From Akkermansia muciniphila (GTDB taxonomy: Bacteria > Verrucomicrobiota > Verrucomicrobiia > Limisphaerales > UBA9464), in assembly GCA_945861075.1 (NCBI GenBank), contig CAMATE010000003.1:1-32443 (forward strand): DNA of 32,443 nt, in the 5' to 3' direction. The translations under genes were made by a program, and so were the position numbers. The notes below the pieces were generated by a model, which was not told the origin of the DNA, made no database searches, and worked only from the letters and a program-made list of their open reading frames with translations. Shown here piece by piece: positions 1-7,185 of this stretch. Each line of letters begins with the position of its first letter. The first letter of the stretch is position 1.

Positions 1-433
1 TACGCACCGATGGAGAGAAACTGCCAGCGGCTGCGGTCAAAGCCCCGCCCAAACTGGCATTGGCTCCATAGGCCACCAGGGCCCAACTCCCGCCTCCCAC
101 CAACGTCAAATCCACCAATGCGCCGTCCACACCGCTCACCTGATCCCACATCCGATATTGGATCGTCGCAGTCCCATTGAAATTGGAGTTTGGAACAAAC
201 CGAACCCGATGCTGTTCATCACTCTTGAGCAGCCGCCCTGAAAGGGAAGTCACCCCGGCCAGTGAACTCCAAACACCGCCGCCGTCAGTCGTATACTGCC
301 AGAGGCCATTGGCCAGATCGACCGATGTCACAGCAATGCCCTTCAAAGCACCTACATCGACATCCGAACCCCCACTGGTCAATGCAGCCACGGACGTGCC
401 GGGGTTTGCTGCCGATCCCACATCTTCGGCAAT
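1..433 (-). repeat. Copy 2 of an intragenic duplication of at least 144 codons (copy 1 at 3442-3874)
   Basis: IAEDV..NPGT.V..L...GSDVD.GALKGIA.TS.D..NG.WQYT.DGGG.WSSL.GV...S.RLLK.DE.HRVRF.PN..FNGTATIQYR.WDQVSGVD..LVD.T...G..WALVAYGA.ASLGG recurs at a constant offset of 3441 nt. Confidence 0.9.
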
Positions 434-3400
434 CGCATCCAGGACGAGACCTTGAATGACGGACACGGTGAACTGGCTCAGTTCGGTGTGGTCGTAGACA
501 AAATCACCTTTCGAATCGACGACCAGATAAAGCATCTCGCCAGGCTGCATTTCCACGAGACCGCTTGAGGCCAATGCGACGGAACCACCGCTCACTAAAC
601 TTCCCGAACGCAGGAGCAGGTAACGCGCTGACCCCGCCAAACCCCGCTGGATGAAATAATCAATCCCGTTGGCTGATGAATAGGGCATCCGAAGGGTGAC
701 CCCAAAATTCACCGAAACGGTTTGGTTGGCAGTGTTCTTCCAGCCCACCGCCACCGCTCGAACTGAAGCGTCCGTATTGGCGGGATGGATCACCAACGTC
801 CCCGCAGCGACCGGCGACCGGGCAGAACTCACCCTCTGCACAAAAGGATAGTTATTCAAATGTCCCGAATATCCGTCCCATTGTGGGATGCCGGAAATCA
901 CCTCGTTGCCGCCGGTCTTCCAACTGGTCAACAAGGTCAAACCCGACACGCTGCCTCCCAGGTATTGCCATCGACTGGCGGCAGACTGGAGCGCGGGACC
1001 CTCCACAAAGCCCGTAAATGCATCGTAGGTCGTCGAGATCTCAGAAACCACCGGAGCGTCATTCACCGCATTCACCGTGATGGAAACCGTCGCCACACCA
1101 GAATTCACTGCGCCGTCGTTCACCCGGAAAGTGAAGGAATCACTGCCGTTCATATTCGCATTCGGTGTGTAGGTCAGGTTCGGTGCGATTCCACTCAACA
1201 TCCCCTTCGTCGGCGGCGTCACCACCGCGTAGGTCAATGCTGAACCCTCCACATCCGTGCCCGACAGTGTGATCGGCTTCGCCGTATCTTCATCCGTCGT
1301 CACCGTCTGCGCCGTCGCCACAGGAACATCATTCACCGGGGTGATGGAAACCGACACCGTCGCCACCGAGGAATCCGCTGCACCGTCATTCGCTTTGAAG
1401 GTGAAGGAGTCGCTCCCGTTCGCATTCGCATTCGGCGTATAAGTCAGGTTCGGCGGCGTGCCACTCAAGACGCCCTTTGTCGGCTGCGTCACCACAGCAT
1501 AGGTGAGCGTCGACCCTTCCACATCCGTACCCGCTAACGTGACGAGCTTCGCCGTGTCTTCAAGGGTCGTCACCGTTTGCGCCGTCGCGACTGGCGCGTC
1601 ATTCACCGGGACAAAACGCAGCACTCGCGAAGCCGATACGGTCGAAGTCCCGTCAAACGCGCTGACGGTCAGTGTGCGATCAGAAGAGTTATTGGCAGCC
1701 CCCAAATAGGTCACGCTACCAGCCGTCGCAAAATAGGAGTTCAGATTGGCCACCGAGCCAACGAACGTGCGGGCAATGCTCGAGCCCCCAAGAGTGATAC
1801 CGGTGCCGGGATTTCCGGTGATCACGCCATCCGAAGCCGACAGCGTCACCGTCAGGGAGGCACTGTCCGTATCTTGAATCAGCGGAGATTCGAAGATGAC
1901 GTTCCCAGCCACATCTTCCGTCAACATGGATGCTGAGGTGGGGCCTCGGACATACACTTCAAACTTCAATGAGCGATTCAAACCCGTTGAGTTCTGGCAG
2001 CAACCAATGTAGTCGCCGGCCGACCAATTAACTCGGTCCATTCCCAAGCCACCGCTGACATCGTTGGACCCCTCGTTGCCGTTGGGAAAAAGACCGCCTC
2101 CGTTTTCGTTCCAACCAAAACCGAATCGAACACGGTTGTTGCCGACAGTGCTCACGTAGTTGAAGCCAAAAAAACGCACGTCGGTCTGGGTGGAAAACAC
2201 CCCGGCTCCGGCCGCCCGATAGGGAGTCGTCGCAACCGCGTCTCGGATGAAGATCTTCTCTTCCCCAGCGAAGAGTTCTCGCAGAGTTTTACCGGTGTAA
2301 TTCCCTTGAGTTGGCCTTCCAGTATAAGCGGTCGTGTTGGCCGGCGTCGGCATGGATTCCTTCCAAACAAATCCATAAGATTGTCCCGTGATCGCCCCAC
2401 CGGCCGTGGCCTCGGGAAAGATCACCAGGATTTCGCTGGCCGGCATGGAGTTGAAGACTTCGAACTTGGCGTCTTCGTTAAATGTGTCATTCCGACGAGT
2501 GGCAGCGGTGTTGAGGGTGTTTGCCGTCGTCCAGTAGCTTGAAGAATAATTGAAGGTGGAGCCGGTGTTGGCGCCTTTCATGGCCAACATCCACCCTCCC
2601 CCGAGGGCATCGTTCATCAAGCAATAAACCGGAACGGATGTGCCGTTGAAAAAGAGTGAGTAAACCCCGTCAGCAGTGGCTCCTGTTGAGGCTTTCAGGG
2701 TCGATGCATTCAAGATCGCTGTGTCCGAGCCTGTTATCGTCACTTGAGGCGCGTCGTTGACGGGGGTGACGGTGAGGGTCGCGGTCGCGGCGTTGATCGA
2801 GTAGGAAGCGCTCGCATCGATGTCGAGATACGTGGTTCCAATATTGACCAACGGGTAGTGTCCAGAGCCGCCGACTTGGGACCCTGCCAACGCCAAGACC
2901 TGAGCAGCACTCAACCGCGCCCAGAGGGCCATGGAGGAAGGCACATAGCTGTTCTGGGCTCCTCCGGCGCCTCCCATCACGAGCCCTGTTTTCTTTTCGT
3001 TCCCCGTTCCATGATCGAGGTAGAGGGCCTTGAAAGTCTGATTATCCGGAAACTGTCCGTAATCGAGTTGCGGGTTGCTCCCATTGTTTACGACCAACCC
3101 ATACACCCCACCGTAACCGGCCCCGAAACTCTTGTTTCTCAGGTACATCTGAGCGGGCATGTCCGGTGTTCCGATCAGTGTTCGCACTGTGACTAATGAT
3201 TGGTCTGGATGCGTGCTGCCAACCGCGAATGAATTCAGGAGGTTGCCTTGGGAGAATATCGGAGGGCTCGTGGCCGATCCGTCAAAGCTCATGCCCGACG
3301 CATTGGGCAGAGCAAATGCGACAGCATGTTTGTAGGAAGCGATACCCCCCACCGGAAAGCCTCCACCGGCAACGGTCCAAGACATGGCCAACTCGGAACT

Positions 3401-6400
3401 GCTCTTCAGGAGACTGAGGGCTGGCAGCACCGCGGAACCTGAACGCACCACCGATGAAAAGGTTCCCGTGGCGGCATTCAGGAACCCTCCCAGGCTGGCA
3501 TCGGCTCCATAAGCCACCAAAGCCCACGCTCGCCCGTCGATCGATGTCACATCCACCAAGGAGGCATCGACTCCACTGACCTGATCCCAGGCGCGGTATT
3601 GAATGGTGGCTGTGCCATTGAAATCAGGGTTCGGCAAAAACCGCACACGATGAAGTTCATCCCCTTTGAGCAATCGAGCCGAAGCCGTGCTTACGCCGGA
3701 CAACGAACTCCAGTTCCCCCCCCCGTCGATGGTGTATTGCCAAGAACCGTTGCTAGCATCAATCGACGTGATCGCGATGCCCTTGAGGGCACCGGCGTCA
3801 ACGTCTGAACCGGCGTTCGCAAGCTCCAAAACCGCCGTACCCGGATTATCCGCCAGAGCCACATCTTCCGCGATCGAGGTCAACGCCGCGTTTCCGGCCA
3901 CCGGGGAGTCGTTCACCGGAGCCAATGTCATGGTGACCGTAGCCTCAGCCGACCAAGCAGATCCATCGAACGCCTTCACGCTGAAGGTCTTGGCTCCATA
4001 TTCATTGGCCGCTGGCGTATAAGTCAAAGAACCCAACTGGGCCACCGGGATCACTTGGGCGGCACTTACCGCGGAGCCGGCCAAACTCAAGACTCCCGTC
4101 TCTGGCAGGGATACGATCTGGATGCTGCTCATCGCAACCCCTTCCGGGTCGGTGTAGAACGGTGAAAATATGCCGGATGAGAAGGTGAGAGAGGTGTCTT
4201 CGGTTCCGGAAACACCCACGGCAGCAAGGGTCGGTGGCATTTGAACGGTGAACCATGAACTGAAAGCCGAGCTGTACAGCGAAGCAAACGAGAAGTCGGC
4301 CCGGATCGAGTAGTACTGCCCACCAACAAATGTCAGCCTTGAATAGGAACTGGTAGCTACGTTCGACAAGGCGGACTGAATCTCGAATTGTGCCCACGTG
4401 GAGTCAGCCCCGATCAAGGCGGCGGCACCGCTGTAGATGTCTAGCAACTGGATCGTCGTTACCTGATTCGGATTGATTCCCGATCCGGCGAATTGCCGCA
4501 TATCAATTGCCAGCAGGCTCCGTCCCGCGCCTCGACCATTTGGAATCACGTAGGCCCACTCCACCGCACCTCCAGTGGACGAAGCCTTGTAGCCGCTGCT
4601 GAACCTTAGCCGGTAAGGATTGTTGAGGACACCCGTCATCGTTAGGTCAGCGAAAGTAGCAAAGCCGTTGATGGCATTGACGGTCAAAGCACCACTCAAG
4701 GCACCGCCAGTGCCGGAATCGATGGACACCGTGACAGCTCCTGTGCTGGCAGTCCGGTTCCCCTGGCTATCACGAATTTCAACTACCGGCGGCGTGGCCA
4801 TCAGCACACCGCTGACCACGCCTGATGGCTGCGTCGCCACGGCTAGTTGGGTCGACAACGGCACATCGATCTGGACGGAAAGAGCTCCGCTAGCCATCGC
4901 TACCCCGTCCGACACAGTGAGTGTGTAGACCTCCGATGCAGAGATTAGGAGTGGGTTGATACCTGCCGCCGAGGGCGCAAACGAGTAGGCTCCGGTCGCG
5001 GTGTTGAGGGTCAGGGTTCCAAAGGAGCCCGTCTTGGCCACTTGGCCTGCGGTGGCGGTCGCCGCGCCGCCTTGGATTCCATACACCAGCGTGGTGTTCG
5101 GATCGGGGTCGGTTCCGCTGACAGAACCAGAAATCGCCGGAAAAACCGTCTGGGTGGCAGAACCCGTGACAATGAGCGAGCGAGCCGATGACGTTGCGCT
5201 GTAGCGGACAATGACCACTCCCGATCCCCCCGCCCCACCCAATCCCTCCGGATCACCACCACCGCCACCACCGCCGGAGTTCGGCGTCCCGGCCGCACCC
5301 TGAGCCCAGTTTGAACGAGCGCCCGCTCCGCCTCCACCTGCACCTCCATTACCCCCGAACGTGGTCGGAAATCCCGTATTGTTGTTGGCACCACCACCAC
5401 CACCTCCGCCGTAGAAGATTGAACTCCCTGAAATGGAATGGCTGACACCCGAGCCGCCGTTACCACCGGGTGAGGAAGCGGTGGCGTAGCCATAACCATC
5501 GGCTCCCCAAAGTCCACGAGTGCCCACTCCACCTGCGCCACCACCGCCTCCGCCGGCAACATAACCATCGTTGGCCGCACCATCGGCTCCCCGAAACCCT
5601 TGGGTCGCCGCTCCGGAGGCCGCGGAGGTATCGCCGCCGGTGCCACCACTCGACGCACCAGATAAACCCGCTCCCCGAAATGCGCCACCGCCACCGCCAC
5701 CGAACGCCATCAACGAACCAAAGCTCGAGGAGCCTCCGTTAGCGCCGGCGAGAACCGTGCCGTTCAACGTTCCCCCGGCTCCTCCCGCTCCGACAGTGAC
5801 CGTGACCGATTGAGCGGCCGTCACCGAGAAACTGTTTTGATAAACAACTCCACCGGCGCCGCCACCGCCACTGCCACCACCCCCGCCGCTGCCTACCACC
5901 AAAACCTCCACAGCCCCGGATACCGCCGGCACAAAACTCCCACTCTGCCGAAAGGTATGAATGGTTGAGCCGCCGATTCGAGTCACCTCGCCCCCAGCAC
6001 TTTCTGCGACGAACCCTAAAGTCGGGGGCACGTTGGACATAGAAGCATGGACGAGGACGGGATCTTCGAGGGTGGTGTAAAAGCGCAGCTCGCCAATGGT
6101 TCCCCGAAACCAGCGATTCGAGGTTTCCCGTTCTCGGCCAAACCGAATCAAGTTGGCGACAATCCCCGATCCTCCATCGCTCACCAAGCTGCCTTTCAAG
6201 ACGCCATCGACATAGAACCGGGCTGTCTGGTCACCCACGTCTGAGTCCGACCAGGTCAGCATCATCGTATGAATCGCGCCATCGACTACATTCACCGCAG
6301 ACGGGGTCGAGATCGCTCCATTGAAAAACGCACGAGCCAAGCCGTCGGTGCCGATGGTTAGGCCGAAATCATTCGGGGCGCCGGGGGCTTCCGCGTTGAT

Positions 6401-6844
6401 GGGCCCCGGATATTGCCAGTGATTGCCGTCACTGCCGGTTGCACCTTGGGTGGCTTTGAAGAGTGCGACAATCGTGACGGTTTTCTGTCCGGCGATCGGG
6501 TTGTTGGCCGACGTGACTTCGAAGTAGTCATCGACGCCGTCGAAAACGATTCCCCCGGAGGAGGCACTGCCACCAAATTGGCTGGTGGCTTTGATCGGAC
6601 TTCCATAGGCAGCCGCGATCTTTCCTCCGACCCGGTCCACCCAGTGAGCGCTTCCGCCCGCCCAATCATCTGCAACCCAGCGCGCCACCGGATCGCCTGC
6701 GGTGAGTCGGATCGCGCCCTGAAACAGAATCAGAGCCGGAACCAAGACCGAAAAGATCAGCCGGCGAACGAGGCGAAGCACCCAAATTGTCCACGCGCAC
6801 GCACGATGCGTCTCCCCCTTCGGTCGGGAAGAAGGGACACCCAT
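1..6844 (-). CDS. Giant secreted multidomain adhesin-like protein, 3'-truncated by the window edge (at least 2281 aa): signal peptide, LamG-like, Gly-rich, VCBS/Ig/cadherin-like (tandem-95) repeats, fibrinogen-like and jelly-roll domains
   Basis: Hand translation from ATG 6844-6842 (MGVPSSRPK...RRLIFSVLVPALILFQGAIRLTA) finds no stop before position 1. Motifs include FDGVDDYF...ARFYVDG...FRGTIGELRFY (LamG), TIHTF...VEVLVVGSGGGGG...GGSGVVIVRY (Gly-rich), repeated VNDAP/TxEDT/TDVEG/LTYTPNAN (cadherin-like) and VYCLMNDALGGGWMLAMK (fibrinogen-like). It is absent from the ORF track because it has no stop in the window. Confidence 0.93.
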   Translation of the reverse strand, partial: MGVPSSRPKGETHRACAWTIWVLRLVRRLIFSVLVPALILFQGAIRLTAGDPVARWVADDWAGGSAHWVDRVGGKIAAAYGSPIKATSQFGGSASSGGIVFDGVDDYFEVTSANNPIAGQKTVTIVALFKATQGATGSDGNHWQYPGPINAEAPGAPNDFGLTIGTDGLARAFFNGAISTPSAVNVVDGAIHTMMLTWSDSDVGDQTARFYVDGVLKGSLVSDGGSGIVANLIRFGRERETSNRWFRGTIGELRFYTTLEDPVLVHASMSNVPPTLGFVAESAGGEVTRIGGSTIHTFRQSGSFVPAVSGAVEVLVVGSGGGGGSGGGGAGGVVYQNSFSVTAAQSVTVTVGAGGAGGTLNGTVLAGANGGSSSFGSLMAFGGGGGGAFRGAGLSGASSGGTGGDTSAASGAATQGFRGADGAANDGYVAGGGGGGAGGVGTRGLWGADGYGYATASSPGGNGGSGVSHSISGSSIFYGGGGGGGANNNTGFPTTFGGNGGAGGGGAGARSNWAQGAAGTPNSGGGGGGGDPEGLGGAGGSGVVIVRYSATSSARSLIVTGSATQTVFPAISGSVSGTDPDPNTTLVYGIQGGAATATAGQVAKTGSFGTLTLNTATGAYSFAPSAAGINPLLISASEVYTLTVSDGVAMASGALSVQIDVPLSTQLAVATQPSGVVSGVLMATPPVVEIRDSQGNRTASTGAVTVSIDSGTGGALSGALTVNAINGFATFADLTMTGVLNNPYRLRFSSGYKASSTGGAVEWAYVIPNGRGAGRSLLAIDMRQFAGSGINPNQVTTIQLLDIYSGAAALIGADSTWAQFEIQSALSNVATSSYSRLTFVGGQYYSIRADFSFASLYSSAFSSWFTVQMPPTLAAVGVSGTEDTSLTFSSGIFSPFYTDPEGVAMSSIQIVSLPETGVLSLAGSAVSAAQVIPVAQLGSLTYTPAANEYGAKTFSVKAFDGSAWSAEATVTMTLAPVNDSPVAGNAALTSIAEDVALADNPGTAVLELANAGSDVDAGALKGIAITSIDASNGSWQYTIDGGGNWSSLSGVSTASARLLKGDELHRVRFLPNPDFNGTATIQYRAWDQVSGVDASLVDVTSIDGRAWALVAYGADASLGGFLNAATGTFSSVVRSGSAVLPALSLLKSSSELAMSWTVAGGGFPVGGIASYKHAVAFALPNASGMSFDGSATSPPIFSQGNLLNSFAVGSTHPDQSLVTVRTLIGTPDMPAQMYLRNKSFGAGYGGVYGLVVNNGSNPQLDYGQFPDNQTFKALYLDHGTGNEKKTGLVMGGAGGAQNSYVPSSMALWARLSAAQVLALAGSQVGGSGHYPLVNIGTTYLDIDASASYSINAATATLTVTPVNDAPQVTITGSDTAILNASTLKASTGATADGVYSLFFNGTSVPVYCLMNDALGGGWMLAMKGANTGSTFNYSSSYWTTANTLNTAATRRNDTFNEDAKFEVFNSMPASEILVIFPEATAGGAITGQSYGFVWKESMPTPANTTAYTGRPTQGNYTGKTLRELFAGEEKIFIRDAVATTPYRAAGAGVFSTQTDVRFFGFNYVSTVGNNRVRFGFGWNENGGGLFPNGNEGSNDVSGGLGMDRVNWSAGDYIGCCQNSTGLNRSLKFEVYVRGPTSASMLTEDVAGNVIFESPLIQDTDSASLTVTLSASDGVITGNPGTGITLGGSSIARTFVGSVANLNSYFATAGSVTYLGAANNSSDRTLTVSAFDGTSTVSASRVLRFVPVNDAPVATAQTVTTLEDTAKLVTLAGTDVEGSTLTYAVVTQPTKGVLSGTPPNLTYTPNANANGSDSFTFKANDGAADSSVATVSVSITPVNDVPVATAQTVTTDEDTAKPITLSGTDVEGSALTYAVVTPPTKGMLSGIAPNLTYTPNANMNGSDSFTFRVNDGAVNSGVATVSITVNAVNDAPVVSEISTTYDAFTGFVEGPALQSAASRWQYLGGSVSGLTLLTSWKTGGNEVISGIPQWDGYSGHLNNYPFVQRVSSARSPVAAGTLVIHPANTDASVRAVAVGWKNTANQTVSVNFGVTLRMPYSSANGIDYFIQRGLAGSARYLLLRSGSLVSGGSVALASSGLVEMQPGEMLYLVVDSKGDFVYDHTELSQFTVSVIQGLVLDAIAEDVGSAANPGTSVAALTSGGSDVDVGALKGIAVTSVDLANGLWQYTTDGGGVWSSLAGVTSLSGRLLKSDEQHRVRFVPNSNFNGTATIQYRMWDQVSGVDGALVDLTLVGGGSWALVAYGANASLGGALTAAAGSFSPSVR
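1059..1610 (-). repeat. Two tandem 270-bp (90-aa) cadherin-like/tandem-95 Ig repeats
   Basis: The anchor tcattcaccg (PVND/AVND) occurs at 1059, 1329 and 1599, an exact 270-nt period. Units read VND.PVATAQTVTT.EDTAK..TL.GTDVEGS.LTYAVVT.PTKG.LSG..PNLTYTPNAN.NGSDSFTF..NDGA. Confidence 0.9.
3442..3874 (-). repeat. Copy 1 of the intragenic duplication (copy 2 at 1-433)
   Basis: Colinear protein and DNA similarity with 1-433, with no net indel. Confidence 0.9.
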
Positions 6845-6889
6845 GGGTTTGAACGCGCAGGCAGACATTCGAAGGCCTGAGGCGACTCA

Positions 6890-6980
6890 ACTGTCGTTTA
6901 AGTCTCAGACAACCGGAATCGTTACAAAATTACATTAAACCATCAAAAGAATAGTCTTACTCTATTTATATCTATTTTCA
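6890..6980. promoter_or_regulatory. AT-rich divergent control region upstream of the giant adhesin
   Basis: Strongly AT-rich patch in high-GC DNA. TCTATTT direct repeat at 6961-6967 and 6971-6977, and TTACA at 6922 and 6930. Confidence 0.45.
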
Positions 6981-7185
6981 GACCCAGCCCGTCTGGAATA
7001 TCGACTCCAACGGAGTCTCCGAAGCTGGCTGGAATCCCAGCATCCGACACTCTGAGCCTCCCAAAATCGAGCACAGCCGAGATCAGCGACACCCAACAAT
7101 TTCCCGGCAACGGCCTACTGGCCGGATTCGAAATCCACAGCCCCAAAGCGCTTGCCCGGATTCGATGGGCAGGAAGACTGACGGC

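Noticed and set aside
781-810. Apparent frameshift or TGA stop in the giant ORF
   Set aside because: A recount gives GCG GGG ACG TTG GTG ATC CAT, so the frame stays open and is consistent to position 1.
1-3874. Intragenic repeats as a DGR template/variable pair
   Set aside because: The differences are not adenine-specific and many are synonymous. Both copies are coding, and there is no reverse transcriptase in the window.
177-6890. Many short ORFs in the track across 177-6890
   Set aside because: They are antisense or out-of-frame shadows of the giant minus-strand gene and have no recognisable motifs.
7122-7170. CCGGATTCGA twice, in hairpins resembling a tRNA T-arm
   Set aside because: It lacks the canonical GTTCRAATC context and no cloverleaf can be built.
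6845-7185. c-di-GMP riboswitch or ops element upstream of the adhesin
   Set aside because: I found no matching consensus on the minus strand, only short hairpins. An Rfam scan would be decisive.
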